NCBI GenBank assembly: GCA_902591535.1
Contig: CACJBA010000003.1
Coordinates: 22,859 to 86,858, forward strand
From: an uncultured Pelagibacteraceae bacterium
GTDB taxonomy: Bacteria; Pseudomonadota; Alphaproteobacteria; Pelagibacterales; Pelagibacteraceae
Direction of reading: 5' to 3'
DNA length: 64,000 bases
Part shown: piece by piece, positions 1-9,029 of the stretch
How the letters are laid out: the number at the start of each line of letters is the position of its first letter
Position numbering within the stretch: the first letter of the stretch is position 1
Notes under the pieces: model-generated
Seen by the model: the letters and a program-made list of their open reading frames with translations, nothing else
What the model was told of the DNA's origin: nothing
Database searches by the model: none
Made by a program: the position numbers and the translations under genes

Positions 1-620
1 AACCATGGCTCACCTGAGTCAGATGCCTTAGCAATAGAACCATCTAAACCTGCAGCTGAACCTGGATCAATAAGTTTCCAACCTTTTTTTTCCATTTCAA
101 ATGCTCTGTATAAATTTGCATTAGCTAATTGACATCCCCAACCAGCTGGACATCCCATGAAAGCACCTTTTGATGAGTCTTCTTTATCAGGAAATAAATC
201 TGGACGTTCTAAAATTTGAACAGCTGTCATTCCTTTAAGTTCTGGATGTTTTTCTAAAGCTGCTGGATTTAACCACCAACCTTCTCCTAGACCTGTAATT
301 GGAGCTTTATTAGCAATAATTAATCTTTTTTCACTTACTGCTTTTTTTAAAGGAGTGTAAACTGCATTCGCCCATTGTTCAGGGTTCATGTCAGGTGTTC
401 CTTTATCATTCATAGATGTAAATGTTGGCATGGTAGCACCAGGTACTAATTCTACCTCACATCCATATCCTTCTTCGAGGATGATTTTATCAACGTTTGC
501 CATTAACTCGGCAGATGCCCAGTTTTGTTCGGCAATAACTAATTTTCCACAAGCATTTGCAAAAGAAGTCATGCTGAATGCTAAAAGCGCAGAAAATAGA
601 ATTGTTTTTAATTTTTTCAT
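1..620 (-). CDS. proX: Glycine betaine/proline-family ABC substrate-binding protein (ProX/OpuAC-like), 3' end outside window
   Basis: Translated by hand from CAT at 618-620: MKKLKTILFSALLAFSMTSFANACGKLVIAEQNWASAELMANVDKIILEEGYGCEVELVPG...GCPAGWGCQ...DPGSAAGL. Has a signal peptide and NWAS/GCPxGWGC motifs; SD GGAGA upstream. Absent from the ORF track because it is truncated. Confidence 0.85.
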   Translation of the reverse strand, partial: MKKLKTILFSALLAFSMTSFANACGKLVIAEQNWASAELMANVDKIILEEGYGCEVELVPGATMPTFTSMNDKGTPDMNPEQWANAVYTPLKKAVSEKRLIIANKAPITGLGEGWWLNPAALEKHPELKGMTAVQILERPDLFPDKEDSSKGAFMGCPAGWGCQLANANLYRAFEMEKKGWKLIDPGSAAGLDGSIAKASDSGEPW

Positions 621-896
621 TATATCTCCGTTAGTTAATTTTCGATTAAACACTACAACATATCAATGAAAAGATTGCAAATATCTTTCAACCTTTAGTT
701 GAAGTCAAATTGTCTTTAAATGCCATTTATTAAGAGATAAAGTTTACTCATGAAATTTTCTGCAAATTTTTTTTTCAAAGAATTTGTTTATATTTTAAAT
801 TGTAAAACGGTATTTCAACAAATCATAATAAGAGAATCGTAAAAATTTAGCTTTAATTAATTCCAACTTAAACAAGGAGGTTTAATAAAAGTTGAA

Positions 897-2075
897 ATGA
901 AAAAGTTATCTGAAATAGTTGATTTAAAAAAAGTAAAAGTTGTAAATAAAAATATTGATAAAGCTCATGGCTTACCAAATGAGTGTTACACTGATCCAGA
1001 TTATTTATCTATTGAGAGAAAAAAAATTTTTGAAAATAAATGGGTAGTAATTGGTGTTGGCAGCTCCGTACCAAATATTGGAGATGCGAAACCATTTGAT
1101 CTGCTAGGAATTCCATTAATTATTTTACGAGATAAAAATAATAAAATAAAAGTTTTTCATAATGTTTGTAGTCATCGAGGTTTTAAGATTCTTCAAGAAA
1201 AATGTAAAATTAAGAATGTAATAAGATGCCCGTATCATTCTTGGTCGTATGATATGAGTGGCAAGTTAATAGCCACACCTCATATTGGTGGCATGAATAA
1301 ACATAATTGTAATAAATTTAGCAAATCACAAAGTGGTCTTAAGGAAGTTAGATCTCATGTTTGGTTAGATCTAATTTTTGTAAATTTAAACAACAATGAA
1401 ATTAATTTCGAAAAATACATTAAACCCTTAAGTGACAGATGGAAAAAATTCTGGCCAATAAAAGATAGAGACTTAACTGTTTATTCAAAAGATTATGGTT
1501 ATTTTAATTTAAATGCTAAATGTAATTGGAAATTTGCAATAGAAAATTATTGTGAAAGTTATCATCTACCTTGGGTCCATCCTGGATTAAATTCTTACTC
1601 AAAAATTGATGATCATTATCATATTCAAGGATTGCCCAATCGTTTTGCTGGTCAAGGCACTATGGTTTATAATCCGGGGTTTAAAAGTAACTTAAAATTT
1701 CCAACATTCCCAAACTGGCCTAAAGATCAAGAGCATATTGCTGAATACGTTGCTCTTTTCCCAAATGTTATGCTTGGGATTCATAAAGACCATTTTTACG
1801 CCTACTGGTTAGAACCAGTAAATAATGAATATACAAAAGAACATATGGAAATTTTTTATGTTGGTAAAGAAGCGGCAAATTCAAAGAAATTTAAATCACT
1901 GAGAAAACAGAACTTTGAACTTTGGAAAGGAGTGCAAAGTGAAGATTTAAATATAATTGAGGGAATGCAGGATGGTAGAAAATCACCATCTTATAATGGG
2001 GGAAATTTTTCACCTGTGATGGATAATCCCACCCATCATTTCCACAAATGGGTTGCAAACAATATAATGAAATGA
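897..2075 (+). CDS. Rieske non-heme iron oxygenase alpha subunit (choline monooxygenase/quaternary-amine oxygenase-like)
   Basis: Rieske motif CSH...CPYH; mononuclear Fe motif ENYCESYHLPWVH and a C-terminal QSED. Confidence 0.9.
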   Translation: MKKLSEIVDLKKVKVVNKNIDKAHGLPNECYTDPDYLSIERKKIFENKWVVIGVGSSVPNIGDAKPFDLLGIPLIILRDKNNKIKVFHNVCSHRGFKILQEKCKIKNVIRCPYHSWSYDMSGKLIATPHIGGMNKHNCNKFSKSQSGLKEVRSHVWLDLIFVNLNNNEINFEKYIKPLSDRWKKFWPIKDRDLTVYSKDYGYFNLNAKCNWKFAIENYCESYHLPWVHPGLNSYSKIDDHYHIQGLPNRFAGQGTMVYNPGFKSNLKFPTFPNWPKDQEHIAEYVALFPNVMLGIHKDHFYAYWLEPVNNEYTKEHMEIFYVGKEAANSKKFKSLRKQNFELWKGVQSEDLNIIEGMQDGRKSPSYNGGNFSPVMDNPTHHFHKWVANNIMK

Positions 2076-2086
2076 AAGGATAAATA

Positions 2087-3127
2087 ATGAAAAAAGATCT
2101 TATTTCTAGATTAAATGAAGGTCCAATAATGTGCGCAGAGGGATATCTTTTCGCAATGGAAAGAAGAGGGTATTTATCAGCAGGACCATTCGTGCCTGAA
2201 GTTGTATTAGAACATCCGGAGGTAGTAACACAATTACATAGAGAGTTTATCCGTGCGGGATCTGATGTTGTTCAAGCATTTACTTATTATGGGCATAGAG
2301 AAAAACTGAGAATTATTGGCAAAGAAGATATGTTAGAGCCACTCCAAAAAAATGCACTTAAAATTGCAAAAGATGCTGCAGCTGAATTTAAAGATTTAGA
2401 TTTGATGGTTTGCGGAGATGTAGCCAATACAAATATTTTTGATCCAGGAGATACTAGTACTCACAAAGAATGTCGAAAAATGTATGAAGAACAAATTGGT
2501 TGGGCGAAAGAAGCGGGAGTTGATTTTGTTATAGCAGAAACAATAAATTGGACAGAAGAAATGAAGATAGCTCTAAAAGCTATTAAAGATGCTAGTCTTA
2601 TTGCTGTTTGTAATTTTGCAATCCCAAGAGGTGACAAAACTAGAGAAGGACATAGCGCTGAGGATGCATGCAAGATGATGGAAGATCTAGGTGCTGATGT
2701 AGTTGGTTTAAATTGTTATCGAGGACCCGAAATGACAATGAAATTATTAAAAAAAGTTAGAGAAAAAGTTTCATGTCATGTTGCTGGACTTCCAGTACCT
2801 TATAGAACAACAGAGGAAGAGCCTGGTTTTTTAAATATAACTGATCATGGTTGTAGTTGTATTCCTGGGGGGAATGCATTCCCAGTAGCTTTAGACAATT
2901 TGTTTTGTAACAGATTTGAAATGGCAGAGTTTGCAAAAGAGTGTGTTCAAAATAAAATAAATTTTATTGGTATTTGTTGTGGAGCAGAAGCTCACCATGT
3001 TAGAGAAATGTCAGTTGCAATTGGAAAGAAACCAATTTCAATGAAATATATGCCAGACATGAGCAAACATTTTCACCATGGAACTGATAAATCATTAAAA
3101 AAAGTAAATAAGGAAATCAAATATTAA
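2087..3127 (+). CDS. bhmT: Betaine-homocysteine S-methyltransferase family protein
   Basis: AEGYLFAMERRG, QAFTYY, Zn ligands GLNC and GICCG; BHMT-like length. Confidence 0.85.
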   Translation: MKKDLISRLNEGPIMCAEGYLFAMERRGYLSAGPFVPEVVLEHPEVVTQLHREFIRAGSDVVQAFTYYGHREKLRIIGKEDMLEPLQKNALKIAKDAAAEFKDLDLMVCGDVANTNIFDPGDTSTHKECRKMYEEQIGWAKEAGVDFVIAETINWTEEMKIALKAIKDASLIAVCNFAIPRGDKTREGHSAEDACKMMEDLGADVVGLNCYRGPEMTMKLLKKVREKVSCHVAGLPVPYRTTEEEPGFLNITDHGCSCIPGGNAFPVALDNLFCNRFEMAEFAKECVQNKINFIGICCGAEAHHVREMSVAIGKKPISMKYMPDMSKHFHHGTDKSLKKVNKEIKY

Positions 3128-5532
3128 TGGAAAAGCATGCCAAAGTTGTAATCATTGGAGGTGGAGTTGTAGGTTGCTCTATACTTTATCATTTATCTAA
3201 ATTTGGATTAAAAGATTGTATCTTAGTTGAAAGAAACGAGCTTACTTCAGGTTCTTCGTGGCATGCTGCAGGTAATGTTCATGTAATTTCATCAGACCCT
3301 AATATCTCTCGGATGATGGCTTACACAATAGGTTTATATAAAGAGATTGAAAAAGAATCCGGTCACTCGACTGGATTTAAACCAAGTGGAGGATTCTACT
3401 TAGCATCAAATGAAGTTTGGGCTGACTACTTAAAAAGAGAAAGATCAAAAGCAAGATACATGGGACTTGATCAAGAATTTATCTCTTTAGAAGAAGTAAA
3501 AAAGAAACATCCATTAATTGACCCATCTAGATATTTATTAGCGTTATGGGATCCTATTGATGGTGAAGTTGATCCGTCAGGTGTTACCTACGCTTTTGCA
3601 AAAGCTGCAAAAGTTCATGGTGGTAAGTATTATACTCACACAGTGGTTAAAGATACCAAACAAAAAAAAGATGGTTCTTGGGATGTGTTTACAGACAAAG
3701 GAAACATTAATGCAGAAATAGTAATTAATGCAGGAGGACTTTGGGCAAGAGAAGTTGGGCAATTAGCTGGATTAAATCTTCCTGTACAGCCAATGGAACA
3801 TCATTATTTAATCACTGAACCTATTCCAGAAATTGAAGCAATGGGTGATCAAAGACTACCTATAGGAACAGATTTTGAGGGAAATATTTACTTTAGACAA
3901 GAAGGAAAGGGAATGTTGCTAGGAACCTATGAGCCAAAATCAACACCTTGGAAAGTTGAAGGTACCCCAATGAATTTTGGACATGAGTTACTTGAGCCAA
4001 AGTTGGATAATATTCAAGATAGACTAGCTATTGGTTTTGAAAGAATGCCAGCTTTAGAACGTGCGGGAATAAAAAATATAGTGAACGGTCCTTTTACTTT
4101 TGGTCCAGATGGTAGCCCATTGATTGGTCCAGTTCCAGGTATGAAAAATTATTGGGTTGCAGTTGGTGTTATGGCTGGTTTCTGCCAAGGTGGAGGAGTT
4201 GGGAAATGTATAGCAGAATGGATAATTGACGGAGAACCTTCAATAGATGTTTGGGCTATGGATGTTGCAAGATTTGGAGATTACGCATCACCTCAATATG
4301 GAACAATAAAATCTTCAGAAAATTATGAGCGAAGATTTATTATGACTTTTCCTAATGAAACTTTACCTAAAGGAAGAAAACAAAAAACTACTGCTCTTTA
4401 TGATCGTTTTGTAAATCAAGGAGCTGTAATGGGGGATAGTTTTGGTTTAGAAAATGTTTTATGGTTTGCAAATAATAAAGACGATGCTCATGAAGAACCT
4501 ACAATTAAAAGATCAAGGTCTCATGATTATGTATCAAAAGAAGTTATTAATGTAAGAGAGAATGTTGGGTTGATTGAAGTTGCAAATTTTTCAAAACATG
4601 AATTTAAAGGTCCAGATGCTAGAAAATTTTTAGATCATATAATGGCTGGAAGACTTCCTAAACCTGGAAGGATATCTTTATCACCAATGTTATCATACAG
4701 AGGAAAATTATGTGGAGATTTAACAGTTGCATGTTTGGATGAAAATGAATTTATGGTATTTGGATCTGGAGCTGCTCAAGAAATGCACAGACGTTGGTTT
4801 GAAAGTCACTTAGATAAATTTAATTTAAATTATAAAAATAGATCTGATGAGTTTCATGGATTATCAATTGCAGGACCTAACTCAAGAAAGGTTTTAGAAA
4901 AAATAGTAAGAGATGATGTTTCAAATGAAAAATTTAAATTTAGAGACTCGAGAAGAATGTTTGTTGGTGGAGTGCCTGCATTAGTAAATAGAATATCATT
5001 TACAGGAGAGCTTGGTTACGAAATTTATGTTGCACCTCATTATCAATTAAAACTTTATGAAGAGTTAATGGAAGCTGGAAAAGAATTTAATATTAAACCT
5101 TTTGGTGGAAGAGCATTAATGTCAATGAGGTTGGAGAAAAATTGGGGAGCTTGGACATTGGATTATAGGCCAGATTTTACCGCAAAAGAGACGGGCTTAG
5201 ATGTTTTTATTAATTGGGATAAAGAGTTTATTGGCAAAGAAAGTGCACAAAAGGAAAATTCTTCAAATAAACTCATACCATTAATTGTTGAAACAAATGA
5301 CATTGATGTAACAAATAATGAAGCCGTTATGAATGGAGATCAAAGCATTGGTTATGTAACTTCAGGTGGTTTTGCTCATTTTGTAAATAAAAGTGTAGCT
5401 TTTACTTTTATTAATCAAAAAAACATTAAATCTGAAAATAAAATTCAAGTAGAGATAAATGGAGACTTATTTAATTGTTCAATAATTAAAGAACCACTTT
5501 ACGATCCAAGTGGTCAAAAAATGAGAAGCTAA
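3127..5532 (+). CDS. Dimethylglycine/sarcosine dehydrogenase family (FAD oxidoreductase + GcvT THF domain)
   Basis: GGGVVG FAD motif, GSSWHAAG covalent-FAD His, RISFTGELGYE GcvT motif; 801 aa. Confidence 0.9.
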   Translation: MEKHAKVVIIGGGVVGCSILYHLSKFGLKDCILVERNELTSGSSWHAAGNVHVISSDPNISRMMAYTIGLYKEIEKESGHSTGFKPSGGFYLASNEVWADYLKRERSKARYMGLDQEFISLEEVKKKHPLIDPSRYLLALWDPIDGEVDPSGVTYAFAKAAKVHGGKYYTHTVVKDTKQKKDGSWDVFTDKGNINAEIVINAGGLWAREVGQLAGLNLPVQPMEHHYLITEPIPEIEAMGDQRLPIGTDFEGNIYFRQEGKGMLLGTYEPKSTPWKVEGTPMNFGHELLEPKLDNIQDRLAIGFERMPALERAGIKNIVNGPFTFGPDGSPLIGPVPGMKNYWVAVGVMAGFCQGGGVGKCIAEWIIDGEPSIDVWAMDVARFGDYASPQYGTIKSSENYERRFIMTFPNETLPKGRKQKTTALYDRFVNQGAVMGDSFGLENVLWFANNKDDAHEEPTIKRSRSHDYVSKEVINVRENVGLIEVANFSKHEFKGPDARKFLDHIMAGRLPKPGRISLSPMLSYRGKLCGDLTVACLDENEFMVFGSGAAQEMHRRWFESHLDKFNLNYKNRSDEFHGLSIAGPNSRKVLEKIVRDDVSNEKFKFRDSRRMFVGGVPALVNRISFTGELGYEIYVAPHYQLKLYEELMEAGKEFNIKPFGGRALMSMRLEKNWGAWTLDYRPDFTAKETGLDVFINWDKEFIGKESAQKENSSNKLIPLIVETNDIDVTNNEAVMNGDQSIGYVTSGGFAHFVNKSVAFTFINQKNIKSENKIQVEINGDLFNCSIIKEPLYDPSGQKMRS

Positions 5533-6158
5533 TGGCTCAAAAAGATGTAGGAAACAAAATTCCAATTTACAAACTTAAAACCACCGATGAAGTTATGAAG
5601 TATTACGATGAGTGGGGAGACAAAGATAAGTATAATAAGGACATGGTTGATTGGAACTATACAGGACCTAAAGAAACCGCAGAAACATTTAATAAATATG
5701 AAAAAAATAAAGATACTTTAATTTTTGATGCTGGATGTGGAACAGGTTTAGTTGGCTTGGAGCTTAAAAAATATAGTTTTAAAAATTTTCATGGAGCCGA
5801 TTTATCTCAAACTCTATTAGATACTATACCAAAAGATCTTTATCAAAAATTAATAAAGGTTGATCTAAATAAACCAATAGAAGCTGAGGACAACTTTTAT
5901 GGTGGAGTTATGTGTGTTGGAACATTTACTTTTGGGCATGTAAAACCAAATGCATTAGATGAATTTATAAGAATAACAAAAACTGGTGGCTTAATTTGTT
6001 TCACAATTAATGAAGGAATTCATGAAGAGTATGGTTTTGATAAAAAAATTGATATACTGAAAGACAGTAAGAAGTGGGAAGAAGTAGAATTTTTTAAATC
6101 TGACTATATTGCAAGCAAAGATGTTAACGCATGGTTAGGATTGTATAGGGTATTATGA
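5532..6158 (+). CDS. Class I SAM-dependent methyltransferase (WBSCR27/METTL27-like)
   Basis: DAGCGTGLVG motif I, GADLS, CVGTFTFGHV. Confidence 0.85.
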   Translation: MAQKDVGNKIPIYKLKTTDEVMKYYDEWGDKDKYNKDMVDWNYTGPKETAETFNKYEKNKDTLIFDAGCGTGLVGLELKKYSFKNFHGADLSQTLLDTIPKDLYQKLIKVDLNKPIEAEDNFYGGVMCVGTFTFGHVKPNALDEFIRITKTGGLICFTINEGIHEEYGFDKKIDILKDSKKWEEVEFFKSDYIASKDVNAWLGLYRVL

Positions 6159-7390
6159 GGTTTAGTAGAAAAATTACTCCAGACGTAAAAACAAGAAAAA
6201 ATTTTATTACTAAGAAAAGATTAAAAGAGGATGAGATTGATTTTGATAAATTAAGATCATATCGTTTGGATAGGGTTCGAAAAGAATTATTAAAGAATAA
6301 TTTAGAGACTTGTATTCTCTTTGATCCTGTAAATGTTCGTTATGCTTTAGATACTATAAACATGAGTGTCTATAATATGCATAATTTAACAAGATATTGT
6401 TTTGTTCCAGTTAATGGGCCAACTATTCTTTATGAGTATTTTAATTGTGAGATATTATCTAAGCATTTAAATCTAATTGATGAAATAAGACCTGCAATTA
6501 CATGGGATTATTTTAGTAATGGAGACCAAGCAAATTTACAATTATCAAAATGGATAAAAGAAGTTAAAGATTTATCAAATAATTATTTTAAATCTAAAAA
6601 AATTGCAATTGATGTTCTTAATGGTCCTGCTGTTACAGCTTTAAATAAAGAGGGTATTGAAGTTGTAGATGCGAAATTAATTTTAGAACAAGCAAGAGTA
6701 ATAAAGTCACCTGATGAATTAATATGTATGAAAGCAGCAATAGAAGTTGCAGAAAAAGGTGTGTCTAAAATGAGATCAGATCTTAAGCCAGGAATGACGG
6801 AAGATGAATTGTGGTCAATATTACATAAAACAAATATTGAAAATGGGGGTGAATGGATTGAGTGTAGGATTTTATCTTCTGGAGAAAGAACAAATCCATG
6901 GATGCAAGAGAGTAGCAATAAAGTTATGCAACAAGGTGAAATTGTTGCTTTTGATACAGATATGGTAGGTCCCTATGGATATTGTGCGGATATATCAAGA
7001 GCTTTTGTAGTTGGACATAAATTTAATGATGAGCAAAAAAAACTTTATTCAATGGCTAGAAATCAAATAGATCATAATTTTAGATTAATAAAACCAGGAA
7101 TGAGTTTTAAAGAATTTATTAAAAAATCTTGGATTTTACCTGATGAATATTATGGAAATAGGTATTCATGCATGGTTCATGGAATTGGTTTATGTGACGA
7201 GTGGCCTCAAATAAGATATCCAACTGATGGTGGAGAAGAAGGGGGAACTTTTGAAAAGAATATGACTATCACACTTGAGAGTTATATTGGTAAAGTTGGC
7301 GGTAAAGAGGGTGTAAAACTTGAACAACAGTACCTTGTTGGTGAAAATGGACTTGAATTAATGTCCCATCATCCGTTAGAAGATATTTAA
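6155..7390 (+). CDS. dddP: M24B peptidase-fold protein, DMSP lyase DddP-like
   Basis: Creatinase N-domain (LFDPVNVRYA); binuclear ligands FDTD, DISR, HGIGLCDEWP, LES, KLEQQ resemble DddP from memory. Activity not established. Confidence 0.6.
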   Translation: MRFSRKITPDVKTRKNFITKKRLKEDEIDFDKLRSYRLDRVRKELLKNNLETCILFDPVNVRYALDTINMSVYNMHNLTRYCFVPVNGPTILYEYFNCEILSKHLNLIDEIRPAITWDYFSNGDQANLQLSKWIKEVKDLSNNYFKSKKIAIDVLNGPAVTALNKEGIEVVDAKLILEQARVIKSPDELICMKAAIEVAEKGVSKMRSDLKPGMTEDELWSILHKTNIENGGEWIECRILSSGERTNPWMQESSNKVMQQGEIVAFDTDMVGPYGYCADISRAFVVGHKFNDEQKKLYSMARNQIDHNFRLIKPGMSFKEFIKKSWILPDEYYGNRYSCMVHGIGLCDEWPQIRYPTDGGEEGGTFEKNMTITLESYIGKVGGKEGVKLEQQYLVGENGLELMSHHPLEDI

Positions 7391-7800
7391 TGAAAATTAT
7401 TTTAGTAATGGGTTTGCCTGGAGCAGGTAAAACAACTCTAGCTGATGAAATGGCACCACTCTTAAATGCAAAAAGATTAAATGCAGATGAAGTAAGAAAA
7501 GCTGCAAATGACTGGGATTTTTCAGAAGAAGGAAGGGTAAGACAAGCAAAAAGAATGGCTGAAGCAGCATTGAAATTAAAAGCAGAAGGTTATTATGTAA
7601 TTGCTGATTTTATTGCACCAACCCCTGAAGCAAGAAGCTTGTTTCCAGCAGATTTTAAAGTGTGGGTCGATACAATTAAAAAAGGAAGATTTGAAGATAC
7701 CAATCAAATGTTTGTTAATCCTAAGAATTTTGATTTTCATGTAACAACTCAGGATGCTAAGGAATGGGCACCTAAAATAATAAAGGAGATAAAAAAATGA
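7390..7800 (+). CDS. Short adenylylsulfate-kinase-like P-loop kinase
   Basis: GLPGAGKTT, LNADEVR, WDFSEEGR; only 136 aa. Confidence 0.75.
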   Translation: MKIILVMGLPGAGKTTLADEMAPLLNAKRLNADEVRKAANDWDFSEEGRVRQAKRMAEAALKLKAEGYYVIADFIAPTPEARSLFPADFKVWVDTIKKGRFEDTNQMFVNPKNFDFHVTTQDAKEWAPKIIKEIKK

Positions 7801-8171
7801 CATATCAATGGGATAACAAAAAACCTACAGCTCAAATGTTAGGAAGATGGCAACCGTTCCATGAAGGACATTATAAATTATTTAAAGAAATTATTAAAAA
7901 GACGGAACAAGTTTGTATTCAGATAAGAGATGTACAAGGGGTTGATGATAATCCTTTTGATTTTGAAACAGTTAAAAAAAATATTGAAGATAGACTGAAC
8001 CCAGAATTTCAAGGTCACTTCAAAATAATGTTAGTACCTAACATTACCAATATTTGTTATGGTAGAGGAGTTGGGTATAAGATTGAGGAAATAGTTTTGG
8101 ACGAAGAAACTCAAAAAATATCAGCAACCAAAATAAGAGCAAAAATGAGAGAAGAAGGAAAGTTAAAATAA
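7797..8171 (+). CDS. HxGH nucleotidyltransferase (cytidyltransferase-like/NadM-like)
   Basis: GRWQPFHEGH, DNPF and KISATKIR motifs. Confidence 0.8.
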   Translation: MTYQWDNKKPTAQMLGRWQPFHEGHYKLFKEIIKKTEQVCIQIRDVQGVDDNPFDFETVKKNIEDRLNPEFQGHFKIMLVPNITNICYGRGVGYKIEEIVLDEETQKISATKIRAKMREEGKLK

Positions 8172-8177
8172 ACTTAA

Positions 8178-9029
8178 ATGAACGATAGACTGAAAACTAT
8201 TGTAGATTTAGAAAGATATCCAATATACAATTTAAGTTCACCTATAATTAAAAATCTTATAAAAAAATGTAAAAAAGAACTTGATAAACATAGCTGTTCA
8301 ACAATTCCAAATTTTATTTTACCTAAATCACTTAAGGTAATGAATTCTGAGTTAGAAAAACAATTAGATGAAGTTTATATGTCTAAAGAAAGTATAAATG
8401 CTTACTTATATGCAAAGGACGATCCTTCGTTACCAAAAGATCACCCAAAAAGAACTTTTATGAATAGATATAACGGATATTTAAATTCAGATTGTTTTCC
8501 AAAAGACTCCGAGATGAAATATCTCTACGAAACTGAAGAACTTTTAAAATTTGTATCTGCTTGTTTAGGTGTTTCACCTATATACAGATGGGCAGATCCT
8601 TTAGCATGTCATGCGTATAATGTTATGAAACCAGATGGAGTACTGCCATGGCATTTTGATAGTTGTGAATTTACACTTAGTTTAATGATACAAAAACCCG
8701 ATAAGGGAGGTGTATTTGAGTACTGCCCAAATATTAGAGAACCTGGAAATGAAAATTTTGAAGAAGTTCAAAAGGTTATAGCAGGAGATAGAACTAGAGT
8801 AAGAAAATTGAAATTAGAGCCAGGAGATTTACAAATATTTAAAGGTAGATTTACTTTGCATAGGGTAACAAAGGTAGAAGGTCAGAAATCTAGATATATG
8901 TGTATTCCTGCTTATGTTTTAGATCCTTGGAGAGTGAACACACCAGAACACTCTAAAGCTATATATGGTAAAGTTTTACCAATTCATATAGAAAGAAATC
9001 AGGCTAGATCCGATGGATTAACTGATTAA
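8178..9029 (+). CDS. 2OG-Fe(II) oxygenase, BesD/HalD-like family (predicted hydroxylase)
   Basis: WHFD (HxD), GGVFEY, LEPGDLQIF, LHRVT and a downstream Arg. Confidence 0.75.
   Translation: MNDRLKTIVDLERYPIYNLSSPIIKNLIKKCKKELDKHSCSTIPNFILPKSLKVMNSELEKQLDEVYMSKESINAYLYAKDDPSLPKDHPKRTFMNRYNGYLNSDCFPKDSEMKYLYETEELLKFVSACLGVSPIYRWADPLACHAYNVMKPDGVLPWHFDSCEFTLSLMIQKPDKGGVFEYCPNIREPGNENFEEVQKVIAGDRTRVRKLKLEPGDLQIFKGRFTLHRVTKVEGQKSRYMCIPAYVLDPWRVNTPEHSKAIYGKVLPIHIERNQARSDGLTD

Noticed and set aside
388-669. 93-aa plus-strand ORF from the track
   Set aside because: Antisense shadow of the ProX-like gene on the minus strand.
7390-8171. Prophage remnant (similar small genes, and the oxygenase at 18741-19370, occur in marine phages)
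   Set aside because: No integrase, structural genes or att-like repeats; the genes are translationally coupled within host operons.
8178-9029. Radical halogenase
   Set aside because: The HxD carboxylate is retained, so there is no open halide site.
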